Assembly (NCBI GenBank): GCA_021772755.1
Contig: JAJFLJ010000083.1
Coordinates: 1,416-65,415, forward strand
Direction of reading: 5' to 3'
From: Candidatus Sumerlaeota bacterium
GTDB taxonomy: Bacteria; Sumerlaeota; Sumerlaeia; SLMS01; JAHLLQ01
Length of the DNA stretch: 64,000 nt
The notes beneath the pieces were generated by a model that was given only the letters and a program-made list of their open reading frames with translations, had not been told where the DNA came from and ran no database searches. A program made the position numbers and the translations under genes. Shown piece by piece: positions 1 to 9,646 of this stretch (positions are counted from its first letter, which is position 1; each line of letters starts with the position of its first letter).

Positions 1-1005
1 GGCGGCTACGAGTTCCACCAGGCGAGCTACGTCAAGCTGCCCCCGATCCAGACGTGGCGGACGAACTACGACGTGCGCGACGCCGCGACGGGCGAGCGCG
101 TCGCCGTGACGGACGCCTCGGAGGATACGCGGGTGCAGGTCGGCGACGAGAACCTCTTCCTGGAGGTCGACGGCGAGAATCCCGGCGCGCCCTGGCGCCT
201 GTACACGAGCGCGGCGCCGCAGACCCCCGTCGAGACGGGCACTCTGCTGCAAAAGGAAGGCACGCACGAGCTTCAGGTCGAAGTCATGCGCATCTTTCCC
301 GACTTCGGATTCGACGCGGAGGGCGGTCCCTTTACGCGCAGCAACGATCCGGTGAACATGGCGCTTCGCGTCGCCGTCGTCGTGGACGGGATGCCGGCGG
401 GACAGACGCTCGTGTTTCTCGACTCCGCGCTGAACGCGGCCATGCCGCCCGCCGCGGAGCGCTTTCGCATCGGTCTCAACGACATCCGCGTCATCGGCGG
501 GGCGCGCGAGGACTACAGCGAAGCCGACTGGGAGGACCCGGAGTTCAGCCGCTTTCTGCTGGGCATAAGCGACGAGGCGACCGGCCAGGTCCTCGGCGAG
601 GCGTTCGCGTCCCTCGGCCACCCCTCGGAGCCGATCGAATTCGCGTCCGCCGGTGGGGAGGAAACGCCGCCCCCCGGAGCGAAGTACGCCGTCTACCCGA
701 TGGGCCGCACGATCCGCCACGAGACCGTGCTCTCCGTCGTGAAGGAGCCCGTCGTGAACTACTACATGGCGGGCGTCGGGCTGATCGCCATCGGGGCGAT
801 GATGACGTTCTCGGGCCGCTACCGCGCGCTGTACGCGATGTGGGACGGCGAAGAGGAACTCCTGCACCTTGCCTATGTTCCGCGTTTCGGCAAGGGCCCA
901 GATCCCGAAGAATTCGAAGACCTGCTTCGCGAACTCTCCGGAGGCCAGGCGGGCGTTCCCGCCAGCGCCCCCGTTCGCGATGCACACCCCGTGGGAGCGG
1001 GCTGA
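1..1005 (+). CDS. 5'-truncated CDS (continues upstream of window); C-terminal part of a ResB/CcsB-like cytochrome c biogenesis protein (tentative)
   Basis: Frame 1 is open from base 1 (GGYEFHQASYVKLPP...). The product ends with a hydrophobic helix (YYMAGVGLIAIGAMMTF) and a short tail, and lies directly upstream of ccsA, which is the usual System II gene order. Assignment rests on context and topology only. Confidence 0.4.
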   Translation, partial: GGYEFHQASYVKLPPIQTWRTNYDVRDAATGERVAVTDASEDTRVQVGDENLFLEVDGENPGAPWRLYTSAAPQTPVETGTLLQKEGTHELQVEVMRIFPDFGFDAEGGPFTRSNDPVNMALRVAVVVDGMPAGQTLVFLDSALNAAMPPAAERFRIGLNDIRVIGGAREDYSEADWEDPEFSRFLLGISDEATGQVLGEAFASLGHPSEPIEFASAGGEETPPPGAKYAVYPMGRTIRHETVLSVVKEPVVNYYMAGVGLIAIGAMMTFSGRYRALYAMWDGEEELLHLAYVPRFGKGPDPEEFEDLLRELSGGQAGVPASAPVRDAHPVGAG

Positions 1006-1008
1006 CCC

Positions 1009-2865
1009 ATGCGCCGTTTGATTTCCATCCTCTTCGCCATCGCCATCGCCGCTCCTGCGCTCGCCGAACCGGCGAACTTTCTCCGGGACGATCCGACGAG
1101 CCGTCTCTCGACGGTTCCCCACGACGCGGAGATGGCGGCCGCCGTCGCCGACAGCGACATCGGCTCCATCGCGGTGCGCTATACCGGGTGGGACGAGACG
1201 ATGGAGACGTGGGCGCGCGTGAAGCTCGACGAGATCACCGGCCGCCAGCGCATCCACGGACAGGACCCCGTCTACACGGTCCTCTCCATGATCTACGAAC
1301 CGCACCAGTGGTGGGACGCGCGCATTCTCCCCGTCGAGCACCCCGATCTCCTGACCGAGATGGAACTCGACGGAAAGTGGATCAGCCCGAGGCAGGTCCT
1401 GGAAAGCCCGCACAAGATCGCGCTGCAGACGAAGCTGCTGGAGATGGAGGCGCGCCGCGACGAGTTGAAGCGGATCAAGGAACTGCACGGCTTCGTCTCC
1501 CAGGTCGTCCGCATCGGGCGCGACCGCCCCGGCGTCGTCGAGTCCGTCGTGAAGTCCCCGCAGGACGTGGAGACGGTGCGCATGCTGGTCGACGACCGCG
1601 ACGCGTGGAACGCGGCGGAACGCGGGCGCAGGGAACTGGACGCGCGGATCCGTCTCGAGAAGCCGTTCTTCGAGGCCGGCGCGAGGCTGCTCAACCGCTC
1701 GATGATCCTCTTCGAACTGCCGGCGGAGTTCCTCGTCGTTCCCGATCCGGAAACCGCGAGCGGCGACTGGATCGCCGCGAAGGACGCCCGCGCCCCGACC
1801 GGCGGACTTCGCATCGAGGCGGTGTCGCTGAACCCGAACGCGGGCCGCATCGACCTCGAAGCCGCCGCCGCCGCGCTGAACGCATCGCTTTCCGCCGCCT
1901 TCGCGAACGCCGACCCCTCCCTGGTTCCCGCGGCCGTCGATGCGTTCCTCGACCGCGTCGAGCCCTCCCGCTTCTATCCCGACCGCTCGCACCGCTCGCG
2001 CATGAACCTCTATTCCTCGCTGAATCCGATGCGCAAGGCCGCGTGGGTCTATGCGCTCTCGGTGATCCTCTTCGGCCTGCACCTCTTCTTCCGAAACGAC
2101 GGATGGCGATACGCCGCGACGGGCGCACTCGCGCTCGGCGTGCTGCTGCACACCTTCGGAGTGGTCATGCGCCTCGTCATCACCGAACGCATGCCGGTCT
2201 CCAACATGTACGAGTCCATCACCTTCGCGTCCTGGTGCGCGCTGAGTCTCGGCCTCGGCCTGGAACTCTGGAAGCGCCGCGGCATCGTCGGTCTGGCGGC
2301 CGCCATCGTCGGATTCCTGATGCTGATGGGCGTCAGTCTCATGCCGCTGCACGAGACGCGCATCCATCCCCTGCGGGCGGTGCTGAACAGCTACTGGCTG
2401 AACATCCACGTCACGGCGATGCTGGCGAGCTACGGCGCGTTCGCCGTCTCGGCGGTCTTCGGCGTCGCGCATCTCTGGCGCTCGGCGCTCTCCGCGGTCC
2501 TGGGCAGGGAAACGCTTCGCAGGGGCGTGGTGCCGTACATGACGCTGGAGCAGATCGAACTCTTCGCCTACCGCCTGATCCAGATCGCGTGGCCGGTTCT
2601 GACGGTCGGCGTCGCCCTGGGCGCGGTGTGGGCCGATACGGCATGGGGCCGCTTCTGGGGATGGGACCCGAAGGAGACCTGGGCCTTCATCACCTGGATC
2701 GTCTACACCATCTACCTGCATTCGCGCATGATCATGGGGATGAAGGGCGCCGCATCGGCCGCCGTCTGCGTCCTCGGCTTCGTGATGGTGATCATCACCT
2801 GGCTCGGCGTCAGCTACGTCAGCTGGTTCGCCGGCGGCCTGCACACCTACGCCTCGCCGGTCTAG
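1009..2865 (+). CDS. ccsA: Cytochrome c-type biogenesis protein CcsA/ResC (System II heme handling), with a ~330-aa N-terminal secreted extension
   Basis: WWD heme-handling motif WGRFWGWDPKETWAFITW, multiple TM helices and conserved His residues in the C-terminal half. N-terminal signal peptide MRRLISILFAIAIAAPALA. Confidence 0.8.
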   Translation: MRRLISILFAIAIAAPALAEPANFLRDDPTSRLSTVPHDAEMAAAVADSDIGSIAVRYTGWDETMETWARVKLDEITGRQRIHGQDPVYTVLSMIYEPHQWWDARILPVEHPDLLTEMELDGKWISPRQVLESPHKIALQTKLLEMEARRDELKRIKELHGFVSQVVRIGRDRPGVVESVVKSPQDVETVRMLVDDRDAWNAAERGRRELDARIRLEKPFFEAGARLLNRSMILFELPAEFLVVPDPETASGDWIAAKDARAPTGGLRIEAVSLNPNAGRIDLEAAAAALNASLSAAFANADPSLVPAAVDAFLDRVEPSRFYPDRSHRSRMNLYSSLNPMRKAAWVYALSVILFGLHLFFRNDGWRYAATGALALGVLLHTFGVVMRLVITERMPVSNMYESITFASWCALSLGLGLELWKRRGIVGLAAAIVGFLMLMGVSLMPLHETRIHPLRAVLNSYWLNIHVTAMLASYGAFAVSAVFGVAHLWRSALSAVLGRETLRRGVVPYMTLEQIELFAYRLIQIAWPVLTVGVALGAVWADTAWGRFWGWDPKETWAFITWIVYTIYLHSRMIMGMKGAASAAVCVLGFVMVIITWLGVSYVSWFAGGLHTYASPV

Positions 2866-2956
2866 TTCCTCCGGCGGCGAAGGCCGTTCCCCTCTTGCCA
2901 ACCATCCCTCCGGTCGGGATGATCGCGGCGAATAGCGACCGGAGGCGGAAGTTCCC

Positions 2957-4747
2957 ATGACATTTCGAACGATCCTGGCCACATGCGCGCTCGCGGGATT
3001 CGCGGCGGCGCTGTCGGCCCAGACGCTGACTTTCGATCTCGCCGACAAGGACCCCGACGCGGGCGACTACTTTCGCGCCTACGGCTTCAACAACGACGGC
3101 CGCTTCGGCGTTCCCGTCGCCGGCGGACACGACATGGACGGCGACGGCTTCGCCGATTCCGCCATCGCCTACATGCGCGCCTCCACCGGCCAGACGTCCA
3201 ACGCAGGACGCGTCGCGCTGGTGTTCGGGACGGGAACGCTGACCGGCGAAGTCGATACCGCGATGAAGTCGGAACGCGTGCTCCACATCGTCGGCGCGCA
3301 AACCGACGAAATCGCCGGCTCGGAAATCTGGATGGACGACGTGACGGGGGACGGGCTCGGCGACCTGCTCGTCTGCCGCCAGAACTACACGCCGGGCTGG
3401 CCCTCCGACGCGCGACTCGGCGCGGGAGCGCTCTCGGTCATCGTCGGGACCGAGAACCTGCGCGCCATCGCGACGGCGGAAGCGGACTACGAACTCGAAA
3501 GTCCCCCGCAGAACGTCGCGCAGGTGAACTTCCACGGCCCCGAAGAGCACAACCGTCTGGGCATCTGGATTCGCACCGGCGACGTCGATGGCGACGGCAT
3601 CTCCGACATCGCCGTCGGGATGGACCAGTCCGACGTGCGTGGCGAGCACAGCGGCGAAGTCTGGATCGTTCGCGGAGGCCCGCATCTCGCCGTGTCGCAG
3701 ACCATCGACCTGACGGACTTCGGCTCGACGGCTCTCGAAGGCCAGCTCGCCCGCATCATCCCGCCGTTCAATCCGGACTTTCCCGCCCAGCCGCAGCAGG
3801 GCGGCGAACGGCAGTCGGAATACCATCTCGGCTCGACGCTGCACGTCGGCGACATCGACGGCAACGGTCGCGCGGAGGTTCTCATGGCGGCCGGCGCGCT
3901 CAACCGCTCCGGCGCGTCGCTCCGCCCTTCCGGCGGCAGCGCACTCGACACCCACGCGTCTTCGCGCGACCGTCCCTCCGGCGCCCCCAACAATGTCGGC
4001 GACGGCACCATCTTCATCGCCTGGGACGACAACTTTCCCGCCGCACCGTGGCCGGACGGCTTCACCATCGACATGGCGAGTCCCACCGGCGGGCTGACCA
4101 CCATCGACGGTCCGTCGGGCTACAGTTCCTTCGGCGAGGAGATCGTCGTCTTCGATCTCGACGGAAACGGCGTGGGCGAGATCATGGGCTCCGACCTGAC
4201 GTTTCTGGGTAATCGCGGGCAGGCGTACGTGATCTACAATACGGACAACCTGAAGGGAATGGACCTGGACCTGGACGACCCCCAGGGCTTCCCCGCCGGA
4301 TTCCGCCAGACCATCGTCACCGGTCCCTCCGCCGGCTCCATCGGCACCGATACGGTGATGATCGGCGACTACGACGGGGACGGATTCGATGAACTCGCCG
4401 TCGGCAATCCCCAGGACAATCCCAACGGCCGGTTCCACGCGGGAACGATTCACGTTCTCTACGGAAAGCCGGCGGGCTGGCCTGCGGAGATCGATCTGGC
4501 CCCTGGACAGCTCCCCACGACCGAAGAGGTCCGCATCGCTCTGATCGAAGGGCGGTTCGAGAACGACATCCTCGCCTACAGCGCCTCCTATGGCGACATG
4601 GACGGGGATGGTCGAACCGACCTCATCGTCAACGAAATGACCGGCGACAACCCTCCGGCCGTAAACGTCGGCAACCTGGTTCTCATTTCCGGCGCCCAGC
4701 TGCTGGACCCGCCTCCGCCCACCCGCGACTTCCTCGTCATCGAGTGA
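2957..4747 (+). CDS. Secreted FG-GAP repeat protein (integrin-alpha-like beta-propeller repeats)
   Basis: Signal peptide, then at least seven Ca-binding-loop-like repeats D-x-D/N-G-D-G-x-x-D (GHDMDGDGFAD, DVTGDGLGD, GDVDGDGISD, GDIDGNGRAE, FDLDGNGVGE, GDYDGDGFDE, GDMDGDGRTD). Confidence 0.8.
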   Translation: MTFRTILATCALAGFAAALSAQTLTFDLADKDPDAGDYFRAYGFNNDGRFGVPVAGGHDMDGDGFADSAIAYMRASTGQTSNAGRVALVFGTGTLTGEVDTAMKSERVLHIVGAQTDEIAGSEIWMDDVTGDGLGDLLVCRQNYTPGWPSDARLGAGALSVIVGTENLRAIATAEADYELESPPQNVAQVNFHGPEEHNRLGIWIRTGDVDGDGISDIAVGMDQSDVRGEHSGEVWIVRGGPHLAVSQTIDLTDFGSTALEGQLARIIPPFNPDFPAQPQQGGERQSEYHLGSTLHVGDIDGNGRAEVLMAAGALNRSGASLRPSGGSALDTHASSRDRPSGAPNNVGDGTIFIAWDDNFPAAPWPDGFTIDMASPTGGLTTIDGPSGYSSFGEEIVVFDLDGNGVGEIMGSDLTFLGNRGQAYVIYNTDNLKGMDLDLDDPQGFPAGFRQTIVTGPSAGSIGTDTVMIGDYDGDGFDELAVGNPQDNPNGRFHAGTIHVLYGKPAGWPAEIDLAPGQLPTTEEVRIALIEGRFENDILAYSASYGDMDGDGRTDLIVNEMTGDNPPAVNVGNLVLISGAQLLDPPPPTRDFLVIE

Positions 4748-4755
4748 TTCCTCCG

Positions 4756-4788
4756 CGCCGCCCAATAACCGGGCGGCGTTCCTCGTTG
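4756..4788 (+). terminator. Candidate intrinsic terminator downstream of the FG-GAP gene
   Basis: 8-bp GC stem cgccgccc/gggcggcg with loop aataacc, followed by ttcctcgtt. Begins 9 nt after the stop codon. Confidence 0.35.
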
Positions 4789-4805
4789 GTTCCATAGAGA
4801 CGGCG

Positions 4806-5369
4806 ATGGACCAGACCGACGACGACCTTGTTCGCACCTGGCTGAGCGGCGGCGACATCGCCGCCTTCGGCGAACTGTACGACCGCCACGAGCGGCCGCT
4901 GCTTCGCTTTCTCATCTCCCTCGGCGAGGAACGCGAGGCCGCCGAGGACATCCTGCAGACGGTGTGGATCAAGATGCTGGAGCGCGCGGGCAGCTACGAG
5001 GCACGGGGCCGGTTCCGGTCATGGCTGTTTCGTCTCGCCTGGACCACGCGGATGGACGCGCGCAAGCAGGCCTGGGAGCGCCGCCGCGTGACGAGCGACG
5101 GCGACGCCGATCCCGGCTCCGCGACCGCATCGCCCGACCCCTCGCCCCGCGACCTTCTTCTCGCGCGCGAGCGCCGCAGTCTCGTCGATCTCGCTCTCGA
5201 TGAACTGCCCGACGCGATGCGCGAGACGCTGCTCCTGCGCATCGACGGCGAACTGACGTTTCGCGAGATCGCCGACGCGATGGAATGCCCCCTGGGTACG
5301 GCGCTCTGGCGCGCCAACGAAGCCGAGAAACGACTGAAGGCTATCGTCGGAGAACGGATGGAAGCATGA
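4806..5369 (+). CDS. ECF (sigma-24 family) RNA polymerase sigma factor
   Basis: Region 2 (LVRTWLSGGDIAAFGELYDRHERPLLRFL...DILQTVWIKMLER) and region 4 HTH (LPDAMRETLLLRIDGELTFREIADAMECPLGTALWRANEAEKRL). Confidence 0.9.
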   Translation: MDQTDDDLVRTWLSGGDIAAFGELYDRHERPLLRFLISLGEEREAAEDILQTVWIKMLERAGSYEARGRFRSWLFRLAWTTRMDARKQAWERRRVTSDGDADPGSATASPDPSPRDLLLARERRSLVDLALDELPDAMRETLLLRIDGELTFREIADAMECPLGTALWRANEAEKRLKAIVGERMEA

Positions 5370-5821
5370 ACGAAGAACGCGACACCGACCCCGAACTGGC
5401 CGGGATGATCGCCCGGCGCGAGATGCCGGAGGGAGCCCCGCAGGTTCGCGAAGCCGTTCTGCGCGAAGCCGCCGGGCGATCGAAGCCGGCGCCGGCAACG
5501 CGCACGCCGATCGTCGCGCTGTTCGCTGCGGCGGGACTGGCGGCGGCGGCCTGCGTCGCGCTGATCGCTCTTTCCGACGGCGGACCGGTCGCTCCGAACC
5601 CAACGCCGCGCGCCGTCCCGGCGGTCGTCACCACGACGCCCGACGACGACGCGGGCGAACGACTCGACGACCTGCGCGACCGCATCGACAGGATGCGCGC
5701 ACCATCCCAACCCTCCGGACTGGCAATGCCTCCGCCGGGCGAACTCCTGAAACGCGCCCGAAGACTCCGCATCGAAATCGCCGACGCCACCATGACCACC
5801 CCGAAGGAGACGAACCCATGA
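5366..5821 (+). CDS. Putative anti-sigma factor (single-pass membrane protein)
   Basis: ATG overlaps the sigma-factor stop (ATGA). Short cytoplasmic N-terminus, one TM helix (IVALFAAAGLAAAACVALIAL) and a periplasmic tail. Operon position is typical for an anti-sigma. Confidence 0.55.
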   Translation: MNEERDTDPELAGMIARREMPEGAPQVREAVLREAAGRSKPAPATRTPIVALFAAAGLAAAACVALIALSDGGPVAPNPTPRAVPAVVTTTPDDDAGERLDDLRDRIDRMRAPSQPSGLAMPPPGELLKRARRLRIEIADATMTTPKETNP

Positions 5822-6579
5822 AGCGTTCTTCCATCGCCGCCATCGCCGTGCTTGCCGCCATGACGGCAACCGCCCAGGACACCGAACAGAACGAAATGCG
5901 GGAGGAGATCGAGCTCTCGATCGAGAAGGAGATCGACGGGGAGATCGGAAAGAGGATCGAAGAGGAGATCGAGGTCGAATGGGGCGACCGAACAAGGGAG
6001 GCGAAGGCGAAAGAGGAAGCGGACAGGGAAGTCGTCCGGGAGTTCATCATTCGCAACGACGACGGGACCGGCGGCGGCTGGGGGTCCGTGCACGTCATTT
6101 CCCCGGACATGCAGAAGTTCATGCGGATCGAACTGCCGGAAGTCTTGGAGCAGATGGAGAAGATCCAGCTCGACGTCGAACGGAACTTCGACCCCAGGGA
6201 ACGCGCGCGCCTGGAGCGGGACCGCACCCGCCTGCTGAGCTTCGCGCGGGAGTTCCGGAACGTCAGCATCGAGGTGCCCGAGATCGCGGACGACGTGCGG
6301 AAGCGGCACGCCCTGGAGACCGAGGCGGACGAGCTTGCCCGCAAGTACGCCGAAAGCGGCGACAAGGCGGAAAAGGAGAGGCTGCGCACGGAGCTGCGCG
6401 AGACCCTCGACGAGGCCTTCGCGCTCTCGGTCAGGATCCGAGAACACGAGGCGGAACAGATCGAGAAGGAACTCGGGGAGATCAAGTCGCTCCTGGAGGA
6501 GCGCCGGCGAAACCGCGTGGCCATCGTCGAACGCCGCATGAGCGAGCTGCTGGACGGCGTCGATCCCTACGAGTGGTGA
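5818..6579 (+). CDS. Secreted, highly charged alpha-helical protein (Spy/CpxP-like periplasmic stress protein?)
   Basis: ATGA overlap with the anti-sigma gene. Signal peptide MKRSSIAAIAVLAAMTATA. E/K/R-rich helical repeats (EIELSIEKEIDGEIGKRIEEEIEVEW). Third gene of the ECF operon. Confidence 0.5.
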   Translation: MKRSSIAAIAVLAAMTATAQDTEQNEMREEIELSIEKEIDGEIGKRIEEEIEVEWGDRTREAKAKEEADREVVREFIIRNDDGTGGGWGSVHVISPDMQKFMRIELPEVLEQMEKIQLDVERNFDPRERARLERDRTRLLSFAREFRNVSIEVPEIADDVRKRHALETEADELARKYAESGDKAEKERLRTELRETLDEAFALSVRIREHEAEQIEKELGEIKSLLEERRRNRVAIVERRMSELLDGVDPYEW

Positions 6580-6646
6580 CGATCTAACCTCGACACGACC
6601 CGGCTGGTCCGCTTATCCGCATCGCATTTCCTGCGGGAGAGGACCC

Positions 6647-8371
6647 ATGAACCACCGGCCGTTTTCGAAGATTCTCGTCACAGGCGTTCTGGCCTGCTCC
6701 GCCCTCGCGGGCGCGGAGAACACCGACATCCTGCGGGGCCTGCCCGTTCGCGAGGTGACCGTCTTCAAGGACGGACACGCCTGGGTTCGGCACGAGGGCG
6801 AGGTCGTCCTCGACGCCCAGGGCCGCTCCAGTTTCGACGAGCTCCCGGCCGCCGTGCTCGGCACGTTCTGGGTCGCGTCGGAAACGGAGGGCGTCGAACT
6901 GCTTTCGGCGACTTCCGGCCGCGAGGAAACCCGTTCCGAACCGCAGCCCGCCCGCACCTTCGCGGAGCTCTTCGCCGCGAACACCGGCAAGCGCGTCCGC
7001 CTGGTGGAGCGCCCCTTCAACGACGCCACCGCCCCCAGAACCTGGGAGGGCAGCGTGCTCGCCGCGCCCGACGAGTCCCTCGGCCAGTACGTCCTTCTGT
7101 CGCACGCCGACGGCACCGCCGCCATTCCCATCGGCAATATCGTCTCCGCCGATTTCATCGGCGATTTCGACGACGAGTACACCACGAAGCTCGAGAAAGG
7201 AATGCTGACGCTGGACTTCGACGTCCCGAACGGCGAACTGCCGGACACGGCGCGCACGTCGGTCAGCTACGTCCAGCGCGGTCTGCGCTGGATTCCGGGC
7301 TACCGGATCGTTCTCGGCGATGGCGACACCGCGCACGTGGAGCTGCAGGCGACGATCGTCAACGACCTGGCGGACCTGAACGGAGTCTCCGCCGACCTGG
7401 TGATCGGCGTGCCCTCCTTCGAATTCGCCGGACAGCTCGACCCCATGTCGCTTCAGGAACATCTCGCCCGCGTGGATGCCGCCAGGGTCTCGGGAGTCCG
7501 CCGCATGGACCCTTCCTACCTGAGCAACAGCGCCATCATGGCCCAGACGTCCTTCTACGGGGACTACGACGCGCACGAATCCGAAGCCCCCGCACCCGAC
7601 GGCCCCGTCATCGGCGGCGGAGAGCGCAACGAGGACCTGTACGTCTTCAGCGTCGAGAATCTCTCGCTGAAGAAGGGCGACCGCATGGTCGTTCCGGTGA
7701 CGACGTTCGAAATCCCCGCCGACATCGTCTACAAACTGACCATCCCGTACGGCCCCCCTGCGGAGGCCCGTGCGACGTGGAACTCGCGCCATCACGACGA
7801 GTTCGAGCAGCGCCGGGGAAAGCCCGTCGCCAGGAGCGTCATCCGCCTGGAGAACACGGGAACCGCCCCCATCACCACGGCGCCGGCGCTGATCTTCAAC
7901 GGCGACCGCATCCTCGCCCAGGGCATGACGCGCTATACCCCCGTCGGCGGGGACCTGGACATCGAGATGACGGAGGCCGTGGACATTCGCGTCCGCAAGC
8001 GCGACGTCGAGACGAATCGCGTTCCGAACGACCTTACCTGGCGCAGCGAAAAGATGACGCGCATCGACATGGAGGGCACCGTCACGATCACCAACTACAA
8101 GGACGGACCGGTCTCCATCGACGTGCGGCGCGAGATTCTCGGCAGGATCGGGGAGGCCGGACCCGGCGGCGAGGCCGTCCAGCTCGGCGGCGACTGGGAC
8201 GACGACTTCGAGAGCTACACGGAAAAGCCCTACTGGTGGAACTGGTACTCGTGGCCCTGGTGGTGGCACGCCAACAACGGCACGGGGTTCTTCCAGTGGA
8301 AGGGGTTGGAGCTCCAGCCCGGGGAGTCGAAGACGCTGAACTACGACTGGAAGTACTACTGGTCGGGCTGA
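6647..8371 (+). CDS. Secreted DUF4140/DUF4139-type (MuiA-like) protein with a C-terminal Trp cluster
   Basis: Signal peptide; N-terminal pattern VREVTVFKDGHAWVRHEGEVVL resembles DUF4140; length 574 aa. C-terminus YWWNWYSWPWWWH. Family call is from memory of the domain pattern. Confidence 0.45.
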   Translation: MNHRPFSKILVTGVLACSALAGAENTDILRGLPVREVTVFKDGHAWVRHEGEVVLDAQGRSSFDELPAAVLGTFWVASETEGVELLSATSGREETRSEPQPARTFAELFAANTGKRVRLVERPFNDATAPRTWEGSVLAAPDESLGQYVLLSHADGTAAIPIGNIVSADFIGDFDDEYTTKLEKGMLTLDFDVPNGELPDTARTSVSYVQRGLRWIPGYRIVLGDGDTAHVELQATIVNDLADLNGVSADLVIGVPSFEFAGQLDPMSLQEHLARVDAARVSGVRRMDPSYLSNSAIMAQTSFYGDYDAHESEAPAPDGPVIGGGERNEDLYVFSVENLSLKKGDRMVVPVTTFEIPADIVYKLTIPYGPPAEARATWNSRHHDEFEQRRGKPVARSVIRLENTGTAPITTAPALIFNGDRILAQGMTRYTPVGGDLDIEMTEAVDIRVRKRDVETNRVPNDLTWRSEKMTRIDMEGTVTITNYKDGPVSIDVRREILGRIGEAGPGGEAVQLGGDWDDDFESYTEKPYWWNWYSWPWWWHANNGTGFFQWKGLELQPGESKTLNYDWKYYWSG

Positions 8372-8467
8372 CCGGCGGCGGAATCCGGGTGACATCCGCG
8401 ATTCGCGCATGAATCGTGCAGGCCACGTGTTGGCGCGGCACCCCCGCCCGACGGACGGCAGGACACG

Positions 8468-9646
8468 ATGGCACCACTGAAACGAATCGGACGCGGCATT
8501 CGGGAATACTACCGCGATCTGCTGGCCACCCGCCGGACCTACACGGTGACGCGCGAGGGCTGGCTCTTCGTCGTCGTCACGCTCGCCATCGGTCTCGCCG
8601 CGCTGAACACGGCGGCCCAGCTGCTCTTTCTGGTATTCGCGCTGATGTGTTCCTTCTGGACGCTTTCGGCGGTGCTCGCGACCGCCAGCATGCGCGGCCT
8701 CGGGATCGAGCGCAGCGCGCCGTGGCTCGCGACCGCCGCCGCTCCCGTCTCCGTCGATGTGACGATCCGGAACCGGAAGAAGTCCGCCGAAAGCCACTCG
8801 CTGCGGGTTTCCGACCGCCTGAAGGACAAGACCGCCGTCGGCGCGGCGTTCTTCGTCCGCATCGGACGGGCCGCGTCCGCGCGCACCGCATACCAGTGCG
8901 TCTTTCCCCTGCGCGGCCGCTACGAGTTCGGCGACCTCACCATCGCCACCCGCTTTCCCTTCGGCCTGATCGAGCGAACGCTCTCCAAGAGCCGCCCGCG
9001 CGAGATCGTCGTGCTGCCCCAGACGATCGACGTCGGACGGGTTCTGCGGTCGGCGCAGGTCGATCTCGGCGACCAGGAAGTCAACGTCAAGGGCCGCGGC
9101 GCGGGGCTCTTCGGCATTCGCGAATACGCTCCCGGCGAGTCCGCCCGCGACATTCACTGGCGGGTCTCGGCGCGGACCGGCACGCTGATGACGCGCGAGT
9201 ACGAAACCGAGGAAAAGCGCCGCGCCAGCATCCTGATCGACAACCGGCTTCCGCAGGACGCCGGCCCCGCGGAACGCGAGCGGTTCGAACACGCCATCGT
9301 GCTCGCCGGTTCCATCGCCAGGCACCTCGTCGACCAGGGCCACCAGGTCGAGCTTCTCACGGCGGACGGAAAGGTCGCGTTCGGCATGGGTCCCGCGCAT
9401 CTGCGGCGCTGCCTGCGGGCGCTCGCGCTTCTGGAGGCGCGCGTCGGTGGAGCGCACGGTCCGCTTTCCCACGAACCCGCCGCCGACAGCGTGCAGGTCG
9501 TCGTCTGCCACACGGGGCGCGAAGCCGTTTCGCCGGACGCCGTGGCGATTTCGGTGCGCGACCACGAAACGGAACTCGCCGCCGCGTTCGCCGCCGGGAC
9601 GCCCGGCGTCGCCGGCGAGCTTCCCGGCGTGGAGCAGCTCGCGTGA
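8468..9646 (+). CDS. DUF58 domain protein (usually partnered with MoxR ATPase and TgpA transglutaminase)
   Basis: Two N-terminal TM helices plus the DUF58 signature GRGAGLFGIREYAPGESARDIHWRVSARTGTLMTREYE. Confidence 0.8.
   Translation: MAPLKRIGRGIREYYRDLLATRRTYTVTREGWLFVVVTLAIGLAALNTAAQLLFLVFALMCSFWTLSAVLATASMRGLGIERSAPWLATAAAPVSVDVTIRNRKKSAESHSLRVSDRLKDKTAVGAAFFVRIGRAASARTAYQCVFPLRGRYEFGDLTIATRFPFGLIERTLSKSRPREIVVLPQTIDVGRVLRSAQVDLGDQEVNVKGRGAGLFGIREYAPGESARDIHWRVSARTGTLMTREYETEEKRRASILIDNRLPQDAGPAERERFEHAIVLAGSIARHLVDQGHQVELLTADGKVAFGMGPAHLRRCLRALALLEARVGGAHGPLSHEPAADSVQVVVCHTGREAVSPDAVAISVRDHETELAAAFAAGTPGVAGELPGVEQLA

Noticed and set aside
54-2960. 968-aa ORF spanning ccsA and the upstream gene in another frame
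   Set aside because: Arg/Gly/Ala/Pro-rich, low-complexity translation typical of out-of-frame reading of about 70% GC DNA. It overlaps two genes with strong motif support.
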